Shown here one piece after another: positions 9,701 through 25,700 of a DNA stretch of 64,000 nucleotides. This stretch comes from Bugula neritina. Taxonomy: Eukaryota > Animalia > Bryozoa. The notes beneath the pieces are model-generated. The model saw only the letters and a list, made by a program, of their open reading frames with translations. It did no database searches and was not told the DNA's origin. Each line of letters starts with the position of its first letter. The first letter of the stretch is position 1. The DNA is taken from positions 62,001 through 126,000 of the forward strand of contig CAXIUT010000073.1 of NCBI GenBank assembly GCA_964035545.1. Direction: 5' to 3'. Position numbers and translations under genes: made by a program.

Positions 9701-12700
9701 TTTTTATGGAAATACCAGTGATGCTGGAAGACCTTTGCATTGTACACCCGCCTTTACTATTGAATTTAGATGTTTTATTTTCCCATCCCCTCTCCTGCCC
9801 CCCTGTCCCCTCTAACAACCAGCAATCCTGACTCATGTGAAATGTGTTATTGTTTTAGAGTTGGACCATGGGCCTACAGTATACGATTTGAAGCTTTATT
9901 GTTTACAGGCAGTCGAGATGAGTCACTGCTGAAACCCATTTTATTAGTAGACTATATTGCTCTTTAATCATCAGTTTTCATATTAAAACAGAAAGCTCAT
10001 CTGCAGCGCCATTTCACAGTATTATACTTTGCTAGAGCAATAACTAATTTTAGATGCCTTTGCAAACATATGAGAAATAAATGAGTCATTTTATGAAAAG
10101 AGGTGTTTGCAGCACTTGTCCACTTTTGATTTACACGTGGCATGGAAACTTTTGTAGTTTTAAATAATATCTCCAAACTCATCACTTGCATGTGTTTATA
10201 TACATGATAAAGTTTTTCATGCAAAACTTGATGCCTGCTTCAAAGACACCAGTGCTTGATTACTGTGTTAACTGTATTGGCACGTTGCCATTTGATATTT
10301 GGTAATATTTCGCATCACAACAAACTCTTCAGAAAGTTAAGAAAATTAGTCTAGAAAGTTAATGAAATAAACCTACCAGAGAGAGTAAGCCAGATGTAAC
10401 AAGTAGATCCAAAACAAGTTGATTAACAATTGAAGTTGAAATCTCCATGTAGTGAACACTTTAGTCCTAATGTCAAATGCAAACGTCTGCAACCAAACTG
10501 TGTAGACTTCATGAGCTGGTTAGCTGACAGGACTCATTAAAGTTCTTAACTCTTGTGTGTATAGTGTTGCCCATCTTGAACTAGAGAGGGCTGACTGAAG
10601 ACTGCTACTTTGTGAAAATTGACAATGCATATTATTATTATTCATTGTTGAGATTCACGGCTGCCATAAACAATGATAAAATATTCATTGTTGGTACTAG
10701 TGAGTAGAATAAAATATAATATAATAATTTCTTGACAGATAAATAATATCATATACAGAATCTAACTTACCATAACTCTACAGTGCTTCACCTCTTCAAC
10801 TTTTTCGGCAATGTTATTTCCTTCTAGTTAAAAGTACTAGCTGAATATTAGACTTTGAAACATAACCCTTCAATTTCATTGCACCAGCACCGGTTGCAAG
10901 ATAGGTGTGTTGGGAGTTATCTTTCCTAAAAATTTGTTTTCGGCGTTTATACGAAGCAGACACAGGCTAATATTAATTTTGTTATTTGCAAGAGTTTTTC
11001 TGTCTGGTTGTCCATCAGCAAAATTTTGCGCCTTGCAGTTTTTATGGAAATACCAGTGATGCTGGAAGACCTTTGCATTGTACACCCGCCTTTACTATTG
11101 AATTTAGATGTTTTATTTTCCCATCCCCTCTCCTGCCCCCCTGTCCCCTTTAACAACCAGCAATCCTGACTCATGTGAAATGTGTTATTGTTTTAGAGTT
11201 GGACCATGGGCCTACAGTATACGATTTGAAGCTTTATTGTTTACAGGCAGTCGAGATGAGTCACTGCTGAAACCCATTTTATTAGTAGACTATATTGCTC
11301 TTTAATCATCAGTTTTCATATTAAAACAAACAGCTCATCTGCAGCGCCATTTCACAGTATTATACTTTGCTAGAGCAATAACTAATTTTAGATGCCTTTG
11401 CAAACATATGAGAAATAAATGAGTCATTTTATGAAAAGAGGTGTTTGCAGCAATTGTCCACTTTTGATTTAGACGCGGCATGGAAACTTTTGTAGTTTTA
11501 AATAATATCTCCAAACTCATCACTTGCATGTGTTTATATGCTTGATAAAGTTTTTCATGCAAAACTTGATGCCTGCTTCAAAGACACCAGTGCTTAATTA
11601 CTGTGTTAACTGTATTGGCACGTTGCCATTTGATATTTGGTAATATTTCGCATCACAACAAACTCTTCAGAAAGTTAAGAAAATTAGTCTAGAAAGTTAA
11701 TGAAATAAACCTACCAGAGAGAGTAAGCCAGATGTAACAAGTAGATCCAAAACAAGTTGATTAACAATTGAAGTTGAAATCTCCATGTAGTGAACACTTT
11801 AGTCCTAATGTCAAATGCAAACGTCTGCAACCAAACTGTGTAGACTTCATGAGCTGGTTAGCTGACAGGACTCATTAAAGTTCTTAACTCTTGTGTGTAT
11901 AGTGATGCCCATCTTGAACTAGAGAGGGCTGACTGAAGACTGCTACTTTGTGAAAATTGACAATGCATATTATTATTATTCATTGTTGAGATTCACGGCT
12001 GCCATAAACAATGATAAAATATTCATTGTTGGTACTAGTGAGTAGAATAAAATATAATATAATAATTTCTTGACAGATAAATAATATCATATACAGAATC
12101 TAACTTACCATAACTCTACAGTGCTTCACCTCTTCAACTTTTTCGGCAATGTTATTTCCTACTAGTTAGAAGTACTAGCTGAATATAGGACTTTGAAACA
12201 CAACCCTTCAATTCCATTACACCAGCACCGGTTGCAAGATAGGTGTGTTGGGAGTTATCTTTCCTAAAATTTTGTTCTTGGCGTTTATACGAAACAGACA
12301 CAGGCTAATATTAGTTTTGTTATTTGCAAGAGTTTTTCTGTCTGGTTGTCCATCAGCAAAATTTTGCGCCTTGCAGTTTTTATGGAAATACCAGTGATGC
12401 TGGAAGACCTTTGCATTGTACACCCGCCTTTACTATTGAATTTAGATGTTTTATTTTCCCATCCCCTCTCCTGCCCCCCTGTCCCCTCTAACAACCAGCA
12501 ATCCTGACTCATGTGAAATGTGTTATTGTTTTAGAGTTGGACCATGGGCCTACAGTATACGATTTGAAGCCTTATTGTTTACAGGCAGTCGAGATGAGTC
12601 ACTGCTGAAACCCATTTTATTAGTAGACTATATTGCTCTTTAATCATCAGTTTTCATATTAAAACAAACAGCTCGTCTGCAGCGCCATTTCACAGTATTA

Positions 12701-13799
12701 TACTTTGCTAGAGCAATAACTAATTTTAGATGCCTTTGCAAACATATGAGAAATAAATGAGTCATTTTATGAAAAGAGGTGTTTGAAGCAATTGTCCACT
12801 TTTGATTTAGACGCGGCATGGAAACTTTTGTAGTTTCAAATAATATCTCCAAACTCATCACTTGCATGTGTTTATATGCTTGATAAAGTTTTTCATGCAA
12901 AACTTGATGCCTGCTTCAAAGACACCAGTGCTTAATTACTGTGTTAACTGTATTGGCACGTTGCCATTTGAGATTTGGTAATATTTCGCATCACAACAAA
13001 CTCTTCAGAAAGTTAAGAAAATTAGTCTAAAAAGTTAATGAAATAAACCTACCAGAGAGAGTAAGCCAGATGTAACAAGTAGATCCAAAACAAGTTGATT
13101 AACAATTGAAGTTGAAATCTCCATGTAGTGAACACTTTAGTCCTAATGTCAAATGCAAACGTCTGCAACCAAACTGTGTAGACTTCATGAGCTGGTTAGC
13201 TGACAGGACTCATTAAAGTTCTTAACTCTTGTGTGTATAGTGATGCCCATCTTGAACTAGAGAGGGCTGACTGAAGACTGCTACTTTGTGAAAATTGACA
13301 ATGCATATTATTATTATTCATTGTTGAGATTCACGGCTGCCATAAACAATGATAAAATATTCATTGTTGGTACTAGTGAGTAGAATAAAATATATTATAA
13401 TAATTTCTTGACAGAAAAATAATATCATATACAGAATATAACTTACCATAACTCTACAGTGCTTCACCTCTTCAACTTTTTCGGCAATGTCATTTCCTAC
13501 TAGTTAGAAGTACTAGCTGAATATAGGACTTTGAAACACAACCCTTCAATTCCATTGCACCAGCACCGGTTGCAAGATAGGTGTGTTGGGAGTTATCTTT
13601 CCTAAAATTTTGTTCTTGGCGTTTATACGAAACAGACACAGGCTAATATTAGTTCTGTTATTTGCAAGAGTTTTTCTGTCTGGTTGTCCATCAGCAAAAT
13701 TTTGCGCCTTGCAGTTTTTATGGAAATACCAGTGATGCTGGAAGACCTTTGCATTGTACACCCGCCTTTACTATTGAATTTAGATGTTTTATTTTCCCA

Positions 13800-16700
13800 T
13801 CCCCTCTCCTGCCCCCCTGTCCCCTCTAACAACCAGCAATCCTGACTCATGTGAAATGTGTTATTGTTTTAGAGTTGGACCATGGGCCTACAGTATACGA
13901 TTTGAAGCTTTATTGTTTACAGGCAGTCGAGATGAGTCACTGCTGAAACCCATTTTATTAGTAGACTATATTGCTCTTTAATCATCAGTTTTCATATTAA
14001 AACAGAAAGCTCATCTGCAGCGCCATTTCACAGTATTATACTTTGCTAGAGCAATAACTAATTTTAGATGCCTTTGCAAACATATGAGAAATAAATGAGT
14101 CATTTTATGAAAAGAGGTGTTTGCAGCACTTGTCCACTTTTGATTTACACGTGGCATGGAAACTTTTGTAGTTTTAAATAATATCTCCAAACTCATCACT
14201 TGCATGTGTTTATATACATGATAAAGTTTTTCATGCAAAACTTGATGCCTGCTTCAAAGACACCAGTGCTTGATTACTGTGTTAACTGTATTGGCACGTT
14301 GCCATTTGATATTTGGTAATATTTCGCATCACAACAAACTCTTCAGAAAGTTAAGAAAATTAGTCTAGAAAGTTAATGAAATAAACCTACCAGAGAGAGT
14401 AAGCCAGATGTAACAAGTAGATCCAAAACAAGTTGATTAACAATTGAAGTTGAAATCTCCATGTAGTGAACACTTTAGTCCTAATGTCAAATGCAAACGT
14501 CTGCAACCAAACTGTGTAGACTTCATGAGCTGGTTAGCTGACAGGACTCATTAAAGTTCTTAACTCTTGTGTGTATAGTGATGCCCATCTTGAACTAGAG
14601 AGGGCTGACTGAAGACTGCTACTTTGTGAAAATTGACAATGCATATTATTATTATTCATTGTTGAGATTCACGGCTGCCATAAACAATGATAAAATATTC
14701 ATTGTTGGTACTAGTGAGTAGAATAAAATATAATATAATAATTTCTTGACAGATAAATAATATCATATACAGAATCTAACTTACCATAACTCTACAGTGC
14801 TTCACCTCTTCAACTTTTTCGGCAATGTTATTTCCTTCTAGTTAAAAGTACTAGCTGAATATAAGACTTTGAAACATAACCCTTCAATTTCATTGCACCA
14901 GCACCGGTTGCAAGATAGGTGTGTTGGGAGTTATCTTTCCTAAAAATTTGTTTTCGGCGTTTATACGAAGCAGACACAGGCTAATATTAATTTTGTTATT
15001 TGCAAGAGTTTTTCTGTCTGATTGTCCATCAGCAAAATTGTTTGCGCCTTGCAGTTATTATGGAAATACCAGTGATGCTGGAAGACCTTTGCATTGTACA
15101 CCCGCCTTTACTATTGAATTTAGATGTTTTATTTTCCCATCCCCTCTCCTGCCCCCCTGTCCCCTCTAACAACCAGCAATCCTGACTCATGTGAAATGTG
15201 TTATTGTTTTAGAGTTGGACCATGGGCCTACAGTATACGATTTGAAGCCTTATTGTTTACAGGCAGTCGAGATGAGTCACTGCTGAAACCCATTTTATTA
15301 GTAGACTATATTGCTCTTTAATCATCAGTTTTCATATTAAAACAAACAGCTCGTCTGCAGCGCCATTTCACAGTATTATACTTTGCTAGAGCAATAACTA
15401 ATTTTAGATGCCTTTGCAAACATATGAGAAATAAATGAGTCATTTTATGAAAAGAGGTGTTTGAAGCAATTGTCCACTTTTGATTTAGACGCGGCATGGA
15501 AACTTTTGTAGTTTCAAATAATATCTCCAAACTCATCACTTGCATGTGTTTATATGCTTGATAAAGTTTTTCATGCAAAACTTGATGCCTGCTTCAAAGA
15601 CACCAGTGCTTAATTACTGTGTTAACTGTATTGGCACGTTGCCATTTGAGATTTGGTAATATTTCGCATCACAACAAACTCTTCAGAAAGTTAAGAAAAT
15701 TAGTCTAGAAAGTTAATGAAATAAACCTACCAGAGAGAGTAAGCCAGATGTAACAAGTAGATCCAAAACAAGTTGATTAACAATTGAAGTTGAAATCTCC
15801 ATGTAGTGAACACTTTAGTCCTAATGTCAAATGCAAACGTCTGCAACCAAACTGTGTAGACTTCATGAGCTGGTTAGCTGACAGGACTCATTAAAGTTCT
15901 TAACTCTTGTGTGTATAGTGATGCCCATCTTGAACTAGAGAGGGCTGACTGAAGACTGCTACTTTGTGAAAATTGACAATGCATATTATTATTATTCATT
16001 GTTGAGATTCACGGCTGCCATAAACAATGATAAAATATTCATTGTTGGTACTAGTGAGTAGAATAAAATATATTATAATAATTTCTTGACAGAAAAATAA
16101 TATCATATACAGAATATAACTTACCATAACTCTACAGTGCTTCACCTCTTCAACTTTTTCGGCAATGTCATTTCCTACTAGTTAGAAGTACTAGCTGAAT
16201 ATAGGACTTTGAAACACAACCCTTCAATTCCATTGCACCAGCACCGGTTGCAAGATAGGTGTGTTGGGAGTTATCTTTCCTAAAATTTTGTTCTTGGCGT
16301 TTATACGAAACAGACACAGGCTAATATTAGTTCTGTTATTTGCAAGAGTTTTTCTGTCTGGTTGTCCATCAGCAAAATTTTGCGCCTTGCAGTTTTTATG
16401 GAAATACCAGTGATGCTGGAAGACCTTTGCATTGTACACCCGCCTTTACTATTGAATTTAGATGTTTTATTTTCCCATCCCCTCTCCTGCCCCCCTGTCC
16501 CCTCTAACAACCAGCAATCCTGACTCATGTGAAATGTGTTATTGTTTTAGAGTTGGACCATGGGCCTACAGTATACGATTTGAAGCTTTATTGTTTACAG
16601 GCAGTCGAGATGAGTCACTGCTGAAACCCATTTTATTAGTAGACTATATTGCTCTTTAATCATCAGTTTTCATATTAAAACAGAAAGCTCATCTGCAGCG

Positions 16701-19700
16701 CCATTTCACAGTATTATACTTTGCTAGAGCAATAACTAATTTTAGATGCCTTTGCAAACATATGAGAAATAAATGAGTCATTTTATGAAAAGAGGTGTTT
16801 GCAGCACTTGTCCACTTTTGATTTACACGTGGCATGGAAACTTTTGTAGTTTTAAATAATATCTCCAAACTCATCACTTGCATGTGTTTATATACATGAT
16901 AAAGTTTTTCATGCAAAACTTGATGCCTGCTTCAAAGACACCAGTGCTTGATTACTGTGTTAACTGTATTGGCACGTTGCCATTTGATATTTGGTAATAT
17001 TTCGCATCACAACAAACTCTTCAGAAAGTTAAGAAAATTAGTCTAGAAAGTTAATGAAATAAACCTACCAGAGAGAGTAAGCCAGATGTAACAAGTAGAT
17101 CCAAAACAAGTTGATTAACAATTGAAGTTGAAATCTCCATGTAGTGAACACTTTAGTCCTAATGTCAAATGCAAACGTCTGCAACCAAACTGTGTAGACT
17201 TCATGAGCTGGTTAGCTGACAGGACTCATTAAAGTTCTTAACTCTTGTGTGTATAGTGATGCCCATCTTGAACTAGAGAGGGCTGACTGAAGACTGCTAC
17301 TTTGTGAAAATTGACAATGCATATTATTATTATTCATTGTTGAGATTCACGGCTGCCATAAACAATGATAAAATATTCATTGTTGGTACTAGTGAGTAGA
17401 ATAAAATATAATATAATAATTTCTTGACAGATAAATAATATCATATACAGAATCTAACTTACCATAACTCTACAGTGCTTCACCTCTTCAACTTTTTCGG
17501 CAATGTTATTTCCTTCTAGTTAAAAGTACTAGCTGAATATAAGACTTTGAAACATAACCCTTCAATTTCATTGCACCAGCACCGGTTGCAAGATAGGTGT
17601 GTTGGGAGTTATCTTTCCTAAAAATTTGTTTTCGGCGTTTATACGAAGCAGACACAGGCTAATATTAATTTTGTTATTTGCAAGAGTTTTTCTGTCTGAT
17701 TGTCCATCAGCAAAATTGTTTGCGCCTTGCAGTTATTATGGAAATACCAGTGATGCTGGAAGACCTTTGCATTGTACACCCGCCTTTACTATTGAATTTA
17801 GATGTTTTATTTTCCCATCCCCTCTCCTGCCCCCCTGTCCCCTCTAACAACCAGCAATCCTGACTCATGTGAAATGTGTTATTGTTTTAGAGTTGGACCA
17901 TGGGCCTACAGTATACGATTTGAAGCCTTATTGTTTACAGGCAGTCGAGATGAGTCACTGCTGAAACCCATTTTATTAGTAGACTATATTGCTCTTTAAT
18001 CATCAGTTTTCATATTAAAACAAACAGCTCGTCTGCAGCGCCATTTCACAGTATTATACTTTGCTAGAGCAATAACTAATTTTAGATGCCTTTGCAAACA
18101 TATGAGAAATAAATGAGTCATTTTATGAAAAGAGGTGTTTGAAGCAATTGTCCACTTTTGATTTAGACGCGGCATGGAAACTTTTGTAGTTTCAAATAAT
18201 ATCTCCAAACTCATCACTTGCATGTGTTTATATGCTTGATAAAGTTTTTCATGCAAAACTTGATGCCTGCTTCAAAGACACCAGTGCTTAATTACTGTGT
18301 TAACTGTATTGGCACGTTGCCATTTGAGATTTGGTAATATTTCGCATCACAACAAACTCTTCAGAAAGTTAAGAAAATTAGTCTAGAAAGTTAATGAAAT
18401 AAACCTACCAGAGAGAGTAAGCCAGATGTAACAAGTAGATCCAAAACAAGTTGATTAACAATTGAAGTTGAAATCTCCATGTAGTGAACACTTTAGTCCT
18501 AATGTCAAATGCAAACGTCTGCAACCAAACTGTGTAGACTTCATGAGCTGGTTAGCTGACAGGACTCATTAAAGTTCTTAACTCTTGTGTGTATAGTGAT
18601 GCCCATCTTGAACTAGAGAGGGCTGACTGAAGACTGCTACTTTGTGAAAATTGACAATGCATATTATTATTATTCATTGTTGAGATTCACGGCTGCCATA
18701 AACAATGATAAAATATTCATTGTTGGTACTAGTGAGTAGAATAAAATATAATATAATAATTTCTTGACAGATAAATAATATCATATACAGAATATAACTT
18801 ACCATAACTCTACAGTGCTTCACCTCTTCAACTTTTTCGGCAATGTTATTTCCTACTAGTTAGAAGTACTAGCTGAATATAGGACTTTGAAACACAACCC
18901 TTCAATTCCTTTGCACCAGCACCGGTTGCAAGATAGGTGTGTTGGGAGTTATCTTTCCTAAAATTTTGTTCTTGGCGTTTATACGAAACAGACACAGGCT
19001 AATATTAGTTCTGTTATTTGCAAGAGTTTTTCTGTCTGGTTGTCCATCAGCAAATTTTTGCGCCTTGCAGTTTTTATGGAAATACTAGTGATGCTGGAAG
19101 ACCTTTGCATTGTACACCCGCCTTCACTATTGAATTTAGATGTTTTATTTTCCCATCCCCTCTCCTGCCCCCCTGTCCCCTCTAACAACCAGCAATCCTG
19201 ACTCATGTGAAATGTGTTATTGTTTTAGAGTTGGACCATGGGCCTACAGTATACGATTTGAAGCTTTATTGTTTACAGGCAGTCGAGATGAGTCACTGCT
19301 GAAACCCATTTTATTAGTAGACTATATTGCTCTTTAATCATCAGTTTTCATATTATAACAGAAAGCTCATCTGCAGCGCCATTTCACAGTATTATACTTT
19401 GCTAGAGCAATAACTAATTTTAGATGCCTTTGCAAACATATGAGAAATAAATGAGTCATTTTATGAAAAGAGGTGTTTGCAGCACTTGTCCACTTTTGAT
19501 TTACACGTGGCATGGAAACTTTTGTAGTTTTAAATAATATCTCCAAACTCATCACTTGCATGTGTTTATATACATGATAAAGTTTTTCATGCAAAACTTG
19601 ATGCCTGCTTCAAAGACACCAGTGCTTGATTACTGTGTTAACTGTATTGGCACGTTGCCATTTGATATTTGGTAATATTTCGCATCACAACAAACTCTTC

Positions 19701-22700
19701 AGAAAGTTAAGAAAATTAGTCTAGAAAGTTAATGAAATAAACCTACCAGAGAGAGTAAGCCAGATGTAACAAGTAGATCCAAAACAAGTTGATTAACAAT
19801 TGAAGTTGAAATCTCCATGTAGTGAACACTTTAGTCCTAATGTCAAATGCAAACGTCTGCAACCAAACTGTGTAGACTTCATGAGCTGGTTAGCTGACAG
19901 GACTCATTAAAGTTCTTAACTCTTGTGTGTATAGTGATGCCCATCTTGAACTAGAGAGGGCTGACTGAAGACTGCTACTTTGTGAAAATTGACAATGCAT
20001 ATTATTATTATTCATTGTTGAGATTCACGGCTGCCATAAACAATGATAAAATATTCATTGTTGGTACTAGTGAGTAGAATAAAATATAATATAATAATTT
20101 CTTGACAGATAAATAATATCATATACAGAATCTAACTTACCATAACTCTACAGTGCTTCGCCTCTTCAACTTTTTCGGCAATGTTATTTCCTTCTAGTTA
20201 AAAGTACTAGCTGAATATTAGACTTTGAAACATAACCCTTCAATTTCATTGCACCAGCACCGGTTGCAAGATAGGTGTGTTGGGAGTTATCTTTCCTAAA
20301 AATTTGTTTTCGGCGTTTATACGAAGCAGACACAGGCTAATATTAATTTTGTTATTTGCAAGAGTTTTTCTGTCTGGTTGTCCATCAGCAAAATTTTGCG
20401 CCTTGCAGTTTTTATGGAAATACCAGTGATGCTGGAAGACCTTTGCATTGTACACCCGCCTTCACTATTGAATTTAGATGTTTTATTTTCCCATCCCCTC
20501 TCCTGCCCCCCTGTCCCCTCTAACAACCAGCAATCCTGACTCATGTGAAATGTGTTATTGTTTTAGAGTTGGACCATGGGCCTACAGTATACGATTTGAA
20601 GCTTTATTGTTTACAGGCAGTCGAGATGAGTCACTGCTGAAACCCATTTTATTAGTAGACTATATTGCTCTTTAATCATCAGTTTTCATATTAAAACAGA
20701 AAGCTCATCTGCAGCGCCATTTCACAGTATTATACTTTGCTAGAGCAATAACTAATTTTAGATGCCTTTGCAAACATATGAGAAATAAATGAGTCATTTT
20801 ATGAAAAGAGGTGTTTGCAGCACTTGTCCACTTTTGATTTACACGTGGCATGGAAACTTTTGTAGTTTTAAATAATATCTCCAAACTCATCACTTGCATG
20901 TGTTTATATACATGATAAAGTTTTTCATGCAAAACTTGATGCCTGCTTCAAAGACACCAGTGCTTGATTACTGTGTTAACTGTATTGGCACGTTGCCATT
21001 TGATATTTGGTAATATTTCGCATCACAACAAACTCTTCAGAAAGTTAAGAAAATTAGTCTAGAAAGTTAATGAAATAAACCTACCAGAGAGAGTAAGCCA
21101 GATGTAACAAGTAGATCCAAAACAAGTTGATTAACAATTGAAGTTGAAATCTCCATGTAGTGAACACTTTAGTCCTAATGTCAAATGCAAACGTCTGCAA
21201 CCAAACTGTGTAGACTTCATGAGCTGGTTAGCTGACAGGACTCATTAAAGTTCTTAACTCTTGTGTGTATAGTGATGCCCATCTTGAACTAGAGAGGGCT
21301 GACTGAAGACTGCTACTTTGTGAAAATTGACAATGCATATTATTATTATTCATTGTTGAGATTCACGGCTGCCATAAACAATGATAAAATATTCATTGTT
21401 GGTACTAGTGAGTAGAATAAAATATAATATAATAATTTCTTGACAGATAAATAATATCATATACAGAATCTAACTTACCATAACTCTACAGTGCTTCACC
21501 TCTTCAACTTTTTCGGCAATGTTATTTCCTTCTAGTTAAAAGTACTAGCTGAATATAAGACTTTGAAACATAACCCTTCAATTTCATTGCACCAGCACCG
21601 GTTGCAAGATAGGTGTGTTGGGAGTTATCTTTCCTAAAAATTTGTTTTCGGCGTTTATACGAAGCAGACACAGGCTAATATTAATTTTGTTATTTGCAAG
21701 AGTTTTTCTGTCTGATTGTCCATCAGCAAAATTGTTTGCGCCTTGCAGTTATTATGGAAATACCAGTGATGCTGGAAGACCTTTGCATTGTACACCCGCC
21801 TTTACTATTGAATTTAGATGTTTTATTTTCCCATCCCCTCTCCTGCCCCCCTGTCCCCTCTAACAACCAGCAATCCTGACTCATGTGAAATGTGTTATTG
21901 TTTTAGAGTTGGACCATGGGCCTACAGTATACGATTTGAAGCCTTATTGTTTACAGGCAGTCGAGATGAGTCACTGCTGAAACCCATTTTATTAGTAGAC
22001 TATATTGCTCTTTAATCATCAGTTTTCATATTAAAACAAACAGCTCGTCTGCAGCGCCATTTCACAGTATTATACTTTGCTAGAGCAATAACTAATTTTA
22101 GATGCCTTTGCAAACATATGAGAAATAAATGAGTCATTTTATGAAAAGAGGTGTTTGAAGCAATTGTCCACTTTTGATTTAGACGCGGCATGGAAACTTT
22201 TGTAGTTTCAAATAATATCTCCAAACTCATCACTTGCATGTGTTTATATGCTTGATAAAGTTTTTCATGCAAAACTTGATGCCTGCTTCAAAGACACCAG
22301 TGCTTAATTACTGTGTTAACTGTATTGGCACGTTGCCATTTGAGATTTGGTAATATTTCGCATCACAACAAACTCTTCAGAAAGTTAAGAAAATTAGTCT
22401 AGAAAGTTAATGAAATAAACCTACCAGAGAGAGTAAGCCAGATGTAACAAGTAGATCCAAAACAAGTTGATTAACAATTGAAGTTGAAATCTCCATGTAG
22501 TGAACACTTTAGTCCTAATGTCAAATGCAAACGTCTGCAACCAAACTGTGTAGACTTCATGAGCTGGTTAGCTGACAGGACTCATTAAAGTTCTTAACTC
22601 TTGTGTGTATAGTGATGCCCATCTTGAACTAGAGAGGGCTGACTGAAGACTGCTACTTTGTGAAAATTGACAATGCATATTATTATTATTCATTGTTGAG

Positions 22701-25700
22701 ATTCACGGCTGCCATAAACAATGATAAAATATTCATTGTTGGTACTAGTGAGTAGAATAAAATATATTATAATAATTTCTTGACAGAAAAATAATATCAT
22801 ATACAGAATATAACTTACCATAACTCTACAGTGCTTCACCTCTTCAACTTTTTCGGCAATGTCATTTCCTACTAGTTAGAAGTACTAGCTGAATATAGGA
22901 CTTTGAAACACAACCCTTCAATTCCATTGCACCAGCACCGGTTGCAAGATAGGTGTGTTGGGAGTTATCTTTCCTAAAATTTTGTTCTTGGCGTTTATAC
23001 GAAACAGACACAGGCTAATATTAGTTCTGTTATTTGCAAGAGTTTTTCTGTCTGGTTGTCCATCAGCAAAATTTTGCGCCTTGCAGTTTTTATGGAAATA
23101 CCAGTGATGCTGGAAGACCTTTGCATTGTACACCCGCCTTTACTATTGAATTTAGATGTTTTATTTTCCCATCCCCTCTCCTGCCCCCCTGTCCCCTCTA
23201 ACAACCAGCAATCCTGACTCATGTGAAATGTGTTATTGTTTTAGAGTTGGACCATGGGCCTACAGTATACGATTTGAAGCTTTATTGTTTACAGGCAGTC
23301 GAGATGAGTCACTGCTGAAACCCATTTTATTAGTAGACTATATTGCTCTTTAATCATCAGTTTTCATATTAAAACAGAAAGCTCATCTGCAGCGCCATTT
23401 CACAGTATTATACTTTGCTAGAGCAATAACTAATTTTAGATGCCTTTGCAAACATATGAGAAATAAATGAGTCATTTTATGAAAAGAGGTGTTTGCAGCA
23501 CTTGTCCACTTTTGATTTACACGTGGCATGGAAACTTTTGTAGTTTTAAATAATATCTCCAAACTCATCACTTGCATGTGTTTATATACATGATAAAGTT
23601 TTTCATGCAAAACTTGATGCCTGCTTCAAAGACACCAGTGCTTGATTACTGTGTTAACTGTATTGGCACGTTGCCATTTGATATTTGGTAATATTTCGCA
23701 TCACAACAAACTCTTCAGAAAGTTAAGAAAATTAGTCTAGAAAGTTAATGAAATAAACCTACCAGAGAGAGTAAGCCAGATGTAACAAGTAGATCCAAAA
23801 CAAGTTGATTAACAATTGAAGTTGAAATCTCCATGTAGTGAACACTTTAGTCCTAATGTCAAATGCAAACGTCTGCAACCAAACTGTGTAGACTTCATGA
23901 GCTGGTTAGCTGACAGGACTCATTAAAGTTCTTAACTCTTGTGTGTATAGTGATGCCCATCTTGAACTAGAGAGGGCTGACTGAAGACTGCTACTTTGTG
24001 AAAATTGACAATGCATATTATTATTATTCATTGTTGAGATTCACGGCTGCCATAAACAATGATAAAATATTCATTGTTGGTACTAGTGAGTAGAATAAAA
24101 TATAATATAATAATTTCTTGACAGATAAATAATATCATATACAGAATCTAACTTACCATAACTCTACAGTGCTTCACCTCTTCAACTTTTTCGGCAATGT
24201 TATTTCCTTCTAGTTAAAAGTACTAGCTGAATATAAGACTTTGAAACATAACCCTTCAATTTCATTGCACCAGCACCGGTTGCAAGATAGGTGTGTTGGG
24301 AGTTATCTTTCCTAAAAATTTGTTTTCGGCGTTTATACGAAGCAGACACAGGCTAATATTAATTTTGTTATTTGCAAGAGTTTTTCTGTCTGATTGTCCA
24401 TCAGCAAAATTGTTTGCGCCTTGCAGTTATTATGGAAATACCAGTGATGCTGGAAGACCTTTGCATTGTACACCCGCCTTTACTATTGAATTTAGATGTT
24501 TTATTTTCCCATCCCCTCTCCTGCCCCCCTGTCCCCTCTAACAACCAGCAATCCTGACTCATGTGAAATGTGTTATTGTTTTAGAGTTGGACCATGGGCC
24601 TACAGTATACGATTTGAAGCCTTATTGTTTACAGGCAGTCGAGATGAGTCACTGCTGAAACCCATTTTATTAGTAGACTATATTGCTCTTTAATCATCAG
24701 TTTTCATATTAAAACAAACAGCTCGTCTGCAGCGCCATTTCACAGTATTATACTTTGCTAGAGCAATAACTAATTTTAGATGCCTTTGCAAACATATGAG
24801 AAATAAATGAGTCATTTTATGAAAAGAGGTGTTTGAAGCAATTGTCCACTTTTGATTTAGACGCGGCATGGAAACTTTTGTAGTTTCAAATAATATCTCC
24901 AAACTCATCACTTGCATGTGTTTATATGCTTGATAAAGTTTTTCATGCAAAACTTGATGCCTGCTTCAAAGACACCAGTGCTTAATTACTGTGTTAACTG
25001 TATTGGCACGTTGCCATTTGAGATTTGGTAATATTTCGCATCACAAGAAACTCTTCAGAAAGTTAAGAAAATTAGTCTAGAAAGTTAATGAAATAAACCT
25101 ACCAGAGAGAGTAAGCCAGATGTAACAAGTAGATCCAAAACAAGTTGATTAACAATTGAAGTTGAAATCTCCATGTAGTGAACACTTTAGTCCTAATGTC
25201 AAATGCAAACGTCTGCAACCAAACTGTGTAGACTTCATGAGCTGGTTAGCTGACAGGACTCATTAAAGTTCTTAACTCTTGTGTGTATAGTGATGCCCAT
25301 CTTGAACTAGAGAGGGCTGACTGAAGACTGCTACTTTGTGAAAATTGACAATGCATATTATTATTATTCATTGTTGAGATTCACGGCTGCCATAAACAAT
25401 GATAAAATATTCATTGTTGGTACTAGTGAGTAGAATAAAATATAATATAATAATTTCTTGACAGATAAATAATATCATATACAGAATATAACTTACCATA
25501 ACTCTACAGTGCTTCACCTCTTCAACTTTTTCGGCAATGTTATTTCCTACTAGTTAGAAGTACTAGCTGAATATAGGACTTTGAAACACAACCCTTCAAT
25601 TCCTTTGCACCAGCACCGGTTGCAAGATAGGTGTGTTGGGAGTTATCTTTCCTAAAATTTTGTTCTTGGCGTTTATACGAAACAGACACAGGCTAATATT

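Larger units (their letters stand above)
1..13820. repeat. Block of ~3.3 monomers (1-~4450) repeated at a 7-monomer offset (9,366 bp), plus a 2-monomer repeat (2,676 bp) covering units 3-6
   Basis: Identical variant order in ORFs at 172/9538, 1581/10947, 2851/12217, 3274/12640 and 4180/13546. Also 2851/5527, 3274/5950 and 4180/6856. Confidence 0.8.
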
